A stretch of 61,350 nt of DNA. Origin: Campylobacteraceae bacterium (GTDB taxonomy: Bacteria; Campylobacterota; Campylobacteria; Campylobacterales; Campylobacteraceae). The DNA is taken from contig JAIRNE010000010.1 in assembly GCA_031258205.1 (NCBI GenBank), positions 1-61,350 on the forward strand. Reading direction: 5' to 3'. The translations under genes were made by a program, and so were the position numbers. Every line of letters begins with the position of its first letter. Within the stretch, counting starts at the first letter, position 1. The notes under the pieces are model-generated. The model made no database searches. It had not been told where the DNA came from and saw only the letters and a program-made list of their open reading frames with translations. This document shows, in pieces, positions 9,822 to 18,679 of this stretch.

Positions 9822-10415
9822 CTCCGTCATTGCAAACCGTCTTATCCTGCGTCATCGTGAAAAACAAACTGCCGCCACTCCGTCATTGCGAGCTGACCCT
9901 TTCTTTTCCGTCATTGCGAGCGACCAACGGGAGCGCGGCAATCCAGCAACGCGAAAACTTTAAACTTAATTCACATGTAAAAACAAAAATACTAACTGTT
10001 TTTATTTTATCTATATTTTTAATTCCTCTGGATTGCTTCGTCAGTCGCTGACGCTCTTTCCTCGCAATGACGGAAAAGGCGTGGATTGCTTCGTAGCTAA
10101 AGCTCCTTGTCATTACGGAGGGAGATGTTGTCATTGCGAGCGACCAGCGGGAGCGCGGCAATCCAGCAATGCGAAGCGTTAATAGACAAACTAAAACAAA
10201 ATAATTTGAAAGATTGTATCAAATACCTTTATATTATCTCTTTTGACGGTTTTTCTGGATTGCTTCGTAGCTAACGCTCCTCGCAATGACGGAGGAGGCG
10301 TGGATTGCTTCGTCGTGCTTCGCACTCCTCGCAATGACGGAATAGTGGGGCATTCCTTATAATGACGCATGGAGTAATAGCGGAGGAATTAAGGGATTGC
10401 TTCGTTCGCAATGAC
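9822..10415. repeat. Compound MITE/REP-like cluster: core-B element (9908-10073), core-A element (10130-10292) and solo arms
   Basis: Two complete ~165 bp elements lie in tandem. Their cores differ but their arms are near-identical (CGACCA(A/G)CGGGAGCGCGGCAATCCAGCAA). Confidence 0.88.
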
Positions 10416-10442
10416 ATGGGAAAATCTCATCGCAAGCCCAAA

Positions 10443-12419
10443 TCACAGCCCGCGCAGTTTCATTATCTCATCGCGCAGTTTTGCCGCTTTTTCAAACTCC
10501 AAAGTTTTTGCCGCTTCGTGCATTTTTTTCGTCAATTCTTTTACTATTTCGCGCCTTTGGGATGCGGGGAGTTTATCGGTTTTTTTCTTTTTTAAGGCAA
10601 GTTCGTCTATATTTTCCGCGTGCAGATTTTCATCTAATTTTCTTATAACCGTCTTTGGCGTGATGCCGTGCAAAGCGTTAAACTCCTCCTGTTTTTTGCG
10701 CCTGTTAGTCGTTATATCAATCGCTTTTTGCATTGAAGCGGTGATTTTATTTGCGAAAAGTATGACTTTGCCGTTCTCGTTTCTTGCCGCTCTTCCCATA
10801 GTCTGTATAAGGCTTGTTTCGCTTCTTAAAAATCCCTCTTTGTCCGCGTCCAAAACGCCTATGAGTGAAACTTCCGGCAAGTCAAGCCCCTCTCTTAAAA
10901 GGTTTATTCCTACAAGAACGTCAAATTCGCCGAGCCTTAGCCCTCTTATTAGTTGATTGCGTTCAATGGCGTCTATATCGGAGTGCATGTACTTTATCTT
11001 TAGTCCGAGTTCGGCATAGTAGCGCGTCAACTCTTCCGCCATTTTTTTCGTCAATGTCGTTACAAGAACGCGCTCGTTTCGCGCTATTACTTTTTTTATC
11101 TCGTCAAACAAAGTTTCCACTTGATTGCCGCTTGGTTTTATCTCTATCGTAGGGTCAAGTAAACCGGTAGGTCTTACAACCTGTTCGGCGATATTTTCAT
11201 GTGAGAGTTCAAGTTCAAGCGCGGCGGGCGTTGCCGAGACGAAAAGATAAGCGGGAGCTTTGTTTATAAACTCGTCAAACATCAAAGGACGGTTGTCCAA
11301 TGCGCTCGGCAGTCTGAATCCATACTCCACAAGCACCTCTTTGCGGCTTCTATCACCCGCAAACATACCGCGAAACTGCGGCAGACTCACATGTGATTCG
11401 TCCACGATGACAAGATATTCTTTGCCTATCGCTTCATAATAATCAAATAATGAATACGGCGTTTCTCCGGCTCTTTTGCCCGTCAAATGTCTTGCATAAT
11501 TCTCTATCCCTTTGCACATTCCCGTAGCTTCTATCATCTCCAAATCAAACTCTACCCTCTGTTTTAAACGCTGATACTCTACCAATTTATTCTCATGTTC
11601 AAAAAACGCAAGCCTCGCCGCCAAATCCTCCTTTATCTCTTTCACGGCGGTTTTTAGCCTCTCCCCGCCTACTATAAATTGATTTGCGGCGTAGAGGATT
11701 ATCTTATTTGCGCTCCTTAATTTATCATTTGTAAGCGGGTCAAAGTAGATAATCTCTTCCGCTTCGTCGCCGAAAAATTCTATCCTCACGGCTTCCTCTT
11801 CGCTGTACGCGGGGTATATATCCACAGCGTCTCCCATGACTCTGAAATTGCCTCTGTCAAAGTAGTTGTCATTGCGCTTATATCCCATATCCACGAGTTT
11901 TAAAAGCAGCGTTTTTTGATGTACAATACTGCCTTTTTCTATCACTTCTACCATGCTTTTATATTCGTTTGGATTGCCAAGACCGTAATTTGCCGACACG
12001 GATGCCACGCATATCACATCGTCAAAACTTAAAAGTGACGCGGTTGCAGAAAGCCGCAGTCTCTCAAGCTCTTCGTTTATGGAGCTGTCCTTTTCTATAA
12101 ACAGATCCTGTCTTGGGATATAAGCTTCGGGCTGATAATAGTCATAGTAACTTATAAAATACTCCACATGGTTTTTTGGAAAAAAGCCTTTAAATTCGCT
12201 GTATAACTGCGCGGCTAAAGTTTTATTGTGCGTCATTATAAGAGTCGGCATTTGCAGCTTTTGTATGATATTTGCCATAGTGTATGTTTTTCCGCTGCCC
12301 GTAACGCCTATGAGCGTTTGATAACGATTGCGAGATTTAATAGACGCGCTTAGTTTATCTATAGCCTGAGGCTGGTCGCCTGCCGGCTGATATGACGATA
12401 TGAGTTCAAATTTCCCCAA
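10443..12419 (-). CDS. uvrB: Excinuclease ABC subunit B
   Basis: 658 aa. Walker A GVTGSGKT, helicase motifs, and the C-terminal UVR domain ...[11 protein letters not shown]. Confidence 0.95.
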   Translation of the reverse strand: MGKFELISSYQPAGDQPQAIDKLSASIKSRNRYQTLIGVTGSGKTYTMANIIQKLQMPTLIMTHNKTLAAQLYSEFKGFFPKNHVEYFISYYDYYQPEAYIPRQDLFIEKDSSINEELERLRLSATASLLSFDDVICVASVSANYGLGNPNEYKSMVEVIEKGSIVHQKTLLLKLVDMGYKRNDNYFDRGNFRVMGDAVDIYPAYSEEEAVRIEFFGDEAEEIIYFDPLTNDKLRSANKIILYAANQFIVGGERLKTAVKEIKEDLAARLAFFEHENKLVEYQRLKQRVEFDLEMIEATGMCKGIENYARHLTGKRAGETPYSLFDYYEAIGKEYLVIVDESHVSLPQFRGMFAGDRSRKEVLVEYGFRLPSALDNRPLMFDEFINKAPAYLFVSATPAALELELSHENIAEQVVRPTGLLDPTIEIKPSGNQVETLFDEIKKVIARNERVLVTTLTKKMAEELTRYYAELGLKIKYMHSDIDAIERNQLIRGLRLGEFDVLVGINLLREGLDLPEVSLIGVLDADKEGFLRSETSLIQTMGRAARNENGKVILFANKITASMQKAIDITTNRRKKQEEFNALHGITPKTVIRKLDENLHAENIDELALKKKKTDKLPASQRREIVKELTKKMHEAAKTLEFEKAAKLRDEIMKLRGL

Positions 12420-12500
12420 AATTTTTCCTTATTACTATAATATATACTTTTTTAAATGATTTTTGTTACAATTATACCCTAACATTATAAAACAAGGAGT

Positions 12501-12737
12501 TTGATGAGCGAGGACAATAAAATTTCCGCTATTCTAAGAGATAGAGTAGAAAAGCTGATAGTGAAGTTTAACGCGCTTGAGATGCAAAACGACGCTTTAA
12601 AAGAGGAGCTTGAGAGCCTCAAAGCCGAACTTTTTGAAAAAAACGAACTCATAGTTAAACTCCAAAACGACATAAAAGCCAAAAGTTTAGAGACTGATGA
12701 GCTTTTGGAGAAGATAGAATCCGTTCTTAATATATGA
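12501..12737 (+). CDS. Small coiled-coil protein (function unknown, possibly ZapB-like)
   Basis: 78 aa with heptad-rich E/K/L composition. AAGGAG lies upstream. It has a 4-nt ATGA overlap with the next ORF. Confidence 0.55.
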   Translation: MMSEDNKISAILRDRVEKLIVKFNALEMQNDALKEELESLKAELFEKNELIVKLQNDIKAKSLETDELLEKIESVLNI

Positions 12738-12958
12738 AAAAAATCACCATATCCATCTCCGCTAAAAGCTTTGACATTACTTTGGAAGACGAGTTTGCGC
12801 GTTTTTTTTCCGAAGAGATTGAGAGGCTTTTTAAAAATAAAAACAGCCTTGAGATAAAGGATATTTTAGCCGCTTTTATACAAGAGTGCCATGATAAATT
12901 TGAAAACGAAAAAGCGATAAGAGAAGTGTCGGAGAAGATAGAGCTTGAGCTGTTTTAG
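12734..12958 (+). CDS. Small hypothetical protein, translationally coupled to the preceding ORF
   Basis: 74 aa. ATGA overlap. I recognised no motif. Confidence 0.5.
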   Translation: MKKITISISAKSFDITLEDEFARFFSEEIERLFKNKNSLEIKDILAAFIQECHDKFENEKAIREVSEKIELELF

Positions 12959-13034
12959 ATTTTTATAAGATTAAAAGAGTAGAATTTCCGTATGTCAATA
13001 AATGTATTGACAAATTCATTTTAAGGAGTCTCCC

Positions 13035-13493
13035 ATGAGACGCGGTTTTACTATGATTGAGTTGATCTTTGTGATCGTTATTCTGGGTATTTTGGCGGCT
13101 GTAGCAATTCCAAGATTGGCAGCTACGAGAGATGACGCCGAAGTTACAAGAGCGCTTGCGAACTTTGCAACTATAATAAATGACTTTGGTACATATTATA
13201 CCTCACAAGCTACTTTTGGTAAGGTTAAAGATATGACAAATGTTATTAATTTTGACAATACAAATGCAGATTTTGCTACTGGTGAAGTAGTAAATTTTCA
13301 AGTTAGATCGGGGACTAATGCCGTTAATTGTATACAAATTACACCTACACTTGCAACCGGAACTATAACATTCGCTGCCAATAATGGTGGTCATCAAGTT
13401 TGTGCTGATGTTTTGATTGATCCAAAGGTTGCCGGATATCTCACCAATAATGGTGGCGCATTAACTTTTGGCGGAAGCAGAGTGGTTAGATAG
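13035..13493 (+). CDS. Prepilin-type N-terminal cleavage/methylation domain protein (type IV pilin / pseudopilin-like)
   Basis: MRRGFTMIELIFVIVILGILAAVAIP is a class III signal (G|FTMIEL). GGAG lies upstream. Confidence 0.85.
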   Translation: MRRGFTMIELIFVIVILGILAAVAIPRLAATRDDAEVTRALANFATIINDFGTYYTSQATFGKVKDMTNVINFDNTNADFATGEVVNFQVRSGTNAVNCIQITPTLATGTITFAANNGGHQVCADVLIDPKVAGYLTNNGGALTFGGSRVVR

Positions 13494-13525
13494 TATTTCT
13501 CTGATATATTGTTTAAGAGTAATAC

Positions 13526-13567
13526 AAGGCGGTACGTTGTTTTAGGATGACGTTCCGCCTTTTTTGT
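13526..13567 (+). terminator. Rho-independent terminator after the first pilin-like gene
   Basis: AAGGCGGTACGT...ACGTTCCGCCTT forms a stem with one mismatch, followed by a T-run. Confidence 0.65.
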
Positions 13568-13585
13568 TATGATGAAGGGGTTTTT

Positions 13586-14056
13586 ATGAAAAGAAAAGCT
13601 TTTACAATGATTGAACTTGTATTTGTCATAGTTGTTTTGGGTATTTTGGCTTCTATTGCTATTCCTAAACTCAATGTTACAAGAACAGATGCGCAAATGA
13701 CAAGAGGTATGAATGATGTATCTGTCATACGAAGCTCCATTATTACTACAAGAAGTGAAAATCTTTTAAAAGGTGATGCAACTTTTCCGCCACTGGAGAA
13801 AAATACTGGGGATGATATGCTCTTTGATGGTGTACTTGATTATCCGATTAAAGAAAAAGCTGCAAATTCAAATAATGGATGGACTACCAAAAAAGAAGGC
13901 AATGGAGTTGGCAAAGAATATACATTAACTATAGATGGTACGGCGGTAGAATTTGACTACAGTAATACGACAGGTATTTTTACCTGCGTCGGTTTTAATG
14001 AGGGCGATACTGATGAAGCCATAATGGCACGGAACCTTTGCGATAAATTGCGATAG
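13586..14056 (+). CDS. Second prepilin-type N-terminal methylation domain protein
   Basis: MKRKAFTMIELVFVIVVLGILASIAIP. The ATG at 13586 is preferred over the track start at 13547, which lies inside the terminator. Confidence 0.85.
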   Translation: MKRKAFTMIELVFVIVVLGILASIAIPKLNVTRTDAQMTRGMNDVSVIRSSIITTRSENLLKGDATFPPLEKNTGDDMLFDGVLDYPIKEKAANSNNGWTTKKEGNGVGKEYTLTIDGTAVEFDYSNTTGIFTCVGFNEGDTDEAIMARNLCDKLR

Positions 14057-14069
14057 ACTGGCACAGTAA

Positions 14070-15905
14070 GTGTTTTATTACAAAACGGCTCTTCTTGGCT
14101 CGCCGCTTGAGCTTTTGATATACCGCGCTTGCGAACAGATCCAAATCGGGCGCGTTATTAAAGTTTTGCTGAAAACAAAAGAGTGTTTAGGCGTTGTCAT
14201 GCAGGACGCGGAAGAGCCGCCTTTTGAATGTCAATCCATAAACGATATAACAACGCGTTTCTTTACCGCCGACCAAATCCGAAGAGCAAAATTTATCTCC
14301 GAATACTACAGCTCGTCTTTAGGGCTTGCTTTGGGGCTTTTTACGCCTCATGAGAGCGAAAAGCGCGTTTTTGAAAAGCTTACCCTCCCCGCGCCGAAAC
14401 TTTCAGCCCAGCAGCAAAAAGCGTTTGAATTTGTCCGCTCAAATGAACGTTCGCTGATATTCGGCGATACGGGAAGCGGCAAAAGCGAAATATATATCGC
14501 GCTTATATGCGATACGCTTTCTCAAGGCAAAAACGCCGTTTTTTTACTGCCCGAAATCGGACTTACCATGCAGCTTGAAGCGCGTTTAAGGGTGTTTTTC
14601 GGCGATTTGACGGCTGTTTGGCATTCAAAACTTACAAAAAAAAGAAAGTCCGAAATCCTGCGCGCTATACATGAGGGCAGGATAAGAGTTGTGATAGGCG
14701 CGCGTTCGGCTCTGTTTTTACCGCTTTACGATACGGGATTGATTATCGTGGACGAAGAGCATGACGAAAGCTACAAATCAAACTCCGCGCCGCGCTACAA
14801 CGCAAGAGATATGAGCCTTGCAATAGGCGCGAAAGAGGGCATAAAGGTAGTTTTGGGAAGCGCTACGCCGAGTCTCCAAACTGCGCTTAAAATGCCGTAT
14901 TTCAGGCTAAAAGGCACATTTTTCAAAACCGACAAAGAGATAATTTACGAAAATGCGCATAATGACATTTCGCCGAAAATGCTGTGCGAGATTGAAACGG
15001 CTTTGGCTTCTGGGCGGCAGATAATCGTTTTTTTGCCCACGCGCGCGCATTTCAAATACGTTACATGTAAAGCATGCGGCAAAAATGTAGAGTGTCCGTT
15101 CTGCGCCGTTTCTATGAGCCTTCACAAAAATATAAACGCGCTCAAATGCCACTACTGCGGCTTTACCGAACGCATACCAAAAGCCTGCCCCAAATGCGGC
15201 AGCGAAATTATGGAGGCTGTACGGCTTGGCACGGCGGAAGTCATGGACAGGCTGCGCGTGATTTTTAACTCTTACAGGATTGAAAAATTTGACAGAGATG
15301 AAATCACGACAGACGCAAAGTTAAATAAAATTTTGAAAAGCTTCCAATCGCGCGAAATTGATATTTTGGTCGGCACGCAAATGCTTAGCAAGGGGCATGA
15401 TTACCACAATGTCGGACTTTCTGTCATTATGGGCATAGATTCTCTGCTTGCTATGAACGACTTCAAAGCGCGCGAGCACGCTCTCTCTCTTGCAGTGCAG
15501 ATAGCCGGACGAAGCGGACGCAAAGAGAGCGGAAAAGTCTTTATACAGAGCAAAAACTGCGATTTTTTCAAGAAATATTTGAATAATTACGATTCGTTTT
15601 TAGAGTATGAAAAAACCGTTAGAAAGGGGCTGTATCCGCCTTTTAAAAAACTAATGCGGCTTTTGATATCCCACAAAAACGAAGCAAAAGCGAAAGAGAT
15701 TACGGATAAAACCGTGCAAATCCTAAGAGAAAACGCCAGTGTGGAAATAGTGGGGGCAGGCGTTTGCGATATATCTAAAATCGCGGGCAAACACCGCTGT
15801 TTTGTACTTCTTAGATGTGATAACGTTAAGCCGCTTTTATACGCCGCCGCGCTTACGCGAAATCCGTTTGTACAAGCGGACATGGATCCTTTGAACTTTT
15901 CATAA
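14070..15905 (+). CDS. priA: Primosomal protein N' (replication restart helicase)
   Basis: Walker A GDTGSGKS, DEEHD, Cys4 zinc fingers (CKACG...CPFC...CHYCG...CPKCG), and helicase C motifs. Confidence 0.93.
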   Translation: MFYYKTALLGSPLELLIYRACEQIQIGRVIKVLLKTKECLGVVMQDAEEPPFECQSINDITTRFFTADQIRRAKFISEYYSSSLGLALGLFTPHESEKRVFEKLTLPAPKLSAQQQKAFEFVRSNERSLIFGDTGSGKSEIYIALICDTLSQGKNAVFLLPEIGLTMQLEARLRVFFGDLTAVWHSKLTKKRKSEILRAIHEGRIRVVIGARSALFLPLYDTGLIIVDEEHDESYKSNSAPRYNARDMSLAIGAKEGIKVVLGSATPSLQTALKMPYFRLKGTFFKTDKEIIYENAHNDISPKMLCEIETALASGRQIIVFLPTRAHFKYVTCKACGKNVECPFCAVSMSLHKNINALKCHYCGFTERIPKACPKCGSEIMEAVRLGTAEVMDRLRVIFNSYRIEKFDRDEITTDAKLNKILKSFQSREIDILVGTQMLSKGHDYHNVGLSVIMGIDSLLAMNDFKAREHALSLAVQIAGRSGRKESGKVFIQSKNCDFFKKYLNNYDSFLEYEKTVRKGLYPPFKKLMRLLISHKNEAKAKEITDKTVQILRENASVEIVGAGVCDISKIAGKHRCFVLLRCDNVKPLLYAAALTRNPFVQADMDPLNFS

Positions 15906-16122
15906 ATAACGCCGCTGTTTTACACGATGATACGGATTGCAAATATCTGACGATTGCGCTGTTTAATATTAAGCCGATAGAGGAAAAAATGAAAAAGAAA
16001 ATTACGATAATGGCAGAATAGGCTAAATTAAACCGCAAAAGGATATGTAAATCAAGTAAGACAACAGAATAATCCGAATATGTTATAATTGCAAAATAAA
16101 AACTACCAAGTAAGGAGAGACA

Positions 16123-16341
16123 ATGATTGTAACTATTACTAATGCAGATAGCAGCTTTATTACGATATTGAAAGAGATAAATAAAAAACTTAAAAAACCT
16201 TATGAGTTTATAAGAGAAGATGAACCTATTGACAAAAATGAAATACTTGAAGAGATAAAGGAGATTAAAGCCCGTCATAAAAACGGAACTCTCAAAACTT
16301 ATACAAGTATGGAAGAGTATAGAAAAGCAACGGATTTTTAG
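16123..16341 (+). CDS. Putative antitoxin (upstream partner of the YafQ-like toxin), family not recognised
   Basis: 72 aa and acidic. RBS AAGGAGAG. Its stop abuts the toxin start. TGtTATAAT lies at 16081-16089. Confidence 0.55.
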   Translation: MIVTITNADSSFITILKEINKKLKKPYEFIREDEPIDKNEILEEIKEIKARHKNGTLKTYTSMEEYRKATDF

Positions 16342-16617
16342 TTGGCTTCTTATGTTATAACAACCTCAAAAGCTTTTGATAAAGCATATGCAAAGTTGCA
16401 AGATAAAGATAAAGACTTTACCGATATTGTGATAAATAAACTTGCCGATGACGAACCTCTCGAAGCTAAACACAAAGACCACGCCCTAAAAGGTAAAATG
16501 GCAGATTTTAGAGACTGCCATATAAAGCCCGATTTAGTCTTAATATACACAAAAGATAAAGATTTACTCATACTCACCGCTGTTCGTATAGGCACACACA
16601 GCGAACTGTTTAAATAA
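16342..16617 (+). CDS. Type II toxin, YafQ/RelE-family mRNA interferase
   Basis: KDHALKGKMADFRDCHIKPDLVLIYTKDKDLLILTAVRIGTHSELF matches the YafQ signature (H..L.G....R.CHI.PD.LLIY...R.G.HS.LF). TTG start. Confidence 0.8.
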   Translation: MASYVITTSKAFDKAYAKLQDKDKDFTDIVINKLADDEPLEAKHKDHALKGKMADFRDCHIKPDLVLIYTKDKDLLILTAVRIGTHSELFK

Positions 16618-16757
16618 CGTACAAATTATTTTCTAAAGCTTATAAAATAGATAATTTTTATTGCTTACTGTTTTGCAAAGCCTGAAGTCTTTGCGGCACT
16701 CTTTGCTTCGTCAAGCAAGAAAGAGGCAAGGAACATAAGTTGTACCGTTTTATTAGG

Positions 16758-17250
16758 TTGTCATTGCAAACGCGGCAATCCATATGCAAAATCCAAAGAT
16801 AAAAACCGACAAAATGTTTACATGTAAGCGTGTAAAACTTTCCAAATCCGTAAATCCGACATGCGCCTTTTCCGTCATTGCGAAAAAACCCGCCGTTTCC
16901 AAACCACGCACGCCACTTCTCCCGTCATTGCAAGCCGACACTCCCCTAACACCCCCACTTCCGTCATTGCGAGCAAACACGCCTCTCTCCGTCATTGCGA
17001 GCGACGGGCGCGAGCGCGGCAATCCAGCAACGCGAAGCGTTAATAGACAAACTAAAACAAAATAATTTGAAAGATTGTATCAAATACCTTTATATTATCT
17101 CTTTTGACGGTTTTTCTGGATTGCTTCGTCAGTCGCTTCGCTCCTTCCTCGCAATGACGGAGGAATATGGATTGCTTTGTCGCTTCGCTCCTTCCTCGCA
17201 ATGACGGAAATGGGACACTTGCAGCGACAAAGAGGAGTGCAATGATGGAA
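16758..17250. repeat. MITE/REP-like cluster (core-A element 16989-17160 plus solo arms)
   Basis: Five left-arm heads (CCGTCATTGC) are followed by core A from 17039 and two right arms ending in CTCGCAATGACGG. Confidence 0.88.
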
Positions 17251-17258
17251 GAAATGAC

Positions 17259-17287
17259 TTGACAAATATACATAATGTGTATACAAT
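17259..17287 (+). promoter_or_regulatory. Sigma70-type promoter TTGACA-N17-TACAAT with an embedded operator palindrome, for the phd/doc-type module
   Basis: TTGACA at 17259-17264, TACAAT at 17282-17287. TATACA-N5-TGTATA (17267-17283) lies inside the spacer. GGAGG at 17306-17310 precedes the ATG at 17316. Confidence 0.6.
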
Positions 17288-17315
17288 AATGGACGAAATA
17301 ATAATGGAGGAACAA

Positions 17316-17546
17316 ATGTTTAAAAAGCTTATACAACACGGAAACAGTTCGGCTATTGTGATAGACAAGCCGATTATGGAAATGCTGAATATCAACGGTG
17401 ATACCACATTTAAGCTCTCTACCGACGGAAAAAATATAATTCTCTCCCCGCAATATTCAGAAACTCAAGAGCTTGATATCTTGAAGTCTTTGGAAAAAAT
17501 AAACAAAAGACACGGCAAGATATTGCAGGATTTGGCAAAGTCATGA
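17316..17546 (+). CDS. AbrB/MazE/SpoVT-fold antitoxin (Phd-role partner of Doc)
   Basis: MFKKLIQHGNSSAIVIDKPIMEMLNI is a swapped-hairpin AbrB-type motif. It has a 4-nt overlap with doc. The start is moved from the track's 17259, which coincides with the promoter. Confidence 0.75.
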   Translation: MFKKLIQHGNSSAIVIDKPIMEMLNINGDTTFKLSTDGKNIILSPQYSETQELDILKSLEKINKRHGKILQDLAKS

Positions 17547-17932
17547 TAAGATTTTTGAATATGTCTGATGTTTTAATGATACTTGAAGACCAAATAAGAA
17601 ATTACGGCGGAACATACGGCGTAAGAGATATAAATCTGCTTAGTTCGGCAATATATATGCCGCAAGCAAGTTTTGACGGTAAGTATCTTCACAAAACAAT
17701 ACCTGAAATGGCGGCGGCTTATACATATCACCTTTGCCAAAATCACCCGTTTGTGGACGGAAATAAAAGAACGGCATTGACTGCGGCTCTGGTATTTTTA
17801 GATATAAACGGTTACTCTCCCAATTGCGGCGGCAAAGAGTTGTATGATGTAATAATGAATGTCGCTAATGGAAAAATGAACAAACAAGAATTGATAGAAT
17901 TTTATAAGCAGAATATATCAAAAAATCTATAA
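17543..17932 (+). CDS. doc: Doc (death-on-curing) Fic-fold toxin
   Basis: The Fic/Doc motif HPFVDGNKRTALTAALVFLDINGY. 129 aa. Confidence 0.88.
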   Translation: MIRFLNMSDVLMILEDQIRNYGGTYGVRDINLLSSAIYMPQASFDGKYLHKTIPEMAAAYTYHLCQNHPFVDGNKRTALTAALVFLDINGYSPNCGGKELYDVIMNVANGKMNKQELIEFYKQNISKNL

Positions 17933-18009
17933 AAGAGCTTTCGCGTACTCATTTTGTGTCATTATATGATAACTGCCGTATCAAAAATCACTTTTTTGCA
18001 ATAATTCTT

Positions 18010-18090
18010 TTCCCGTCATTGCGAGCTGGCGAAAATCCAAATACCGTCATTGCAAGCCGACCCCCTCCGTCATTGCGAGGAGCGAAGTTC
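18010..18090. repeat. Three solo left-arm repeat units
   Basis: CCGTCATTGCGAGCTGGCG, CCGTCATTGCAAGCCGA and CCGTCATTGCGAGGAGCGAAG in tandem, with no core. Confidence 0.75.
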
Positions 18091-18248
18091 GAAATAAAAC
18101 TCCCGCTGTTTCCATGCACTAACGCTCTTCGCTTGCTGCGGAAGCATAATACCTCCATTTGCCTATTTAATCATTTCTCAAGCCGCCGCCAAGCGTGAGA
18201 TTTGGTATTTGAGCGTTTTTGCAGTTCGCACGGTAAATAAAAATCACA

Positions 18249-18277
18249 TTGACAAATGATAACAAATATGTTATCAT
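18249..18277 (+). promoter_or_regulatory. Sigma70-type promoter TTGACA-N17-TATCAT with an 8-bp perfect inverted repeat operator, for the higBA-like module
   Basis: TTGACA at 18249-18254 and TATCAT at 18272-18277. ATGATAAC-N6-GTTATCAT (18256-18277) overlaps the spacer and the -10. Confidence 0.6.
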
Positions 18278-18307
18278 AAAAGATAATTAAAATTTGGAAA
18301 AGCAACA

Positions 18308-18679
18308 GTGTACGAAGTAGAGTTTTATTATGACGAAAACGGCAAATCCGAAATCGTTGAAATGCTTGATGAGTTGGGCGAAAGAGCGGCAACAAGCAAA
18401 ACAGAGCGTATCAATAGAGAAAAGATACTGGTATATATAGGCGTTCTTGCTAAACACGGAACAAAAGTCGGACAGCCGATTGTGAAGCATATAAAAGATG
18501 ATATATGGGAGCTGCGTCCATTGCGGAATAGAATATTTTTCTTTTATTGGAAAGATAACAGATATATATTACTGCACCACTTCATAAAAAAGACGCAAAA
18601 AACACCTGTTAGAGAGTTAAATAAGGCACAAAACAATTTAAAAAACTTTTTGAAAAGGAAAGAAAACAATGAATACTAA
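18308..18679 (+). CDS. HigB-like / phage Gp49-like (DUF891) RelE-superfamily toxin
   Basis: VEFYYDENGKSEIVEMLDEL...IWELRPLRNRIFFFYW.DNRYILLHHFIKKTQKTP is the Gp49/HigB family pattern. GTG start. The toxin comes first in the gene order. Confidence 0.78.
   Translation: MYEVEFYYDENGKSEIVEMLDELGERAATSKTERINREKILVYIGVLAKHGTKVGQPIVKHIKDDIWELRPLRNRIFFFYWKDNRYILLHHFIKKTQKTPVRELNKAQNNLKNFLKRKENNEY

Noticed and set aside
10411-10956. A 181-aa + strand ORF antisense to uvrB. Similar long antisense ORFs lie at 36165-36671, 39942-40409, 57019-57588, 5490-5924 and 6448-6876.
   Set aside because: Each lies fully inside a strongly supported gene on the opposite strand. Their S/L/F/A-rich composition is typical of antisense frames.
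12993-13012. The inverted repeat TGTCAAT-N6-ATTGACA upstream of the first pilin gene, as an operator.
   Set aside because: It is short (7 bp arms) in AT-rich DNA and contains a TTGACA that may simply be a -35-like box. That is not enough to call it a regulatory site.
15853-16278. A 141-aa minus-strand ORF spanning the priA 3' end and the TA antitoxin.
   Set aside because: It is a low-complexity AT-rich translation (FIFVNRFIFSYKLIRFFKFFIYLF). It overlaps two well-supported + strand genes and has no RBS.
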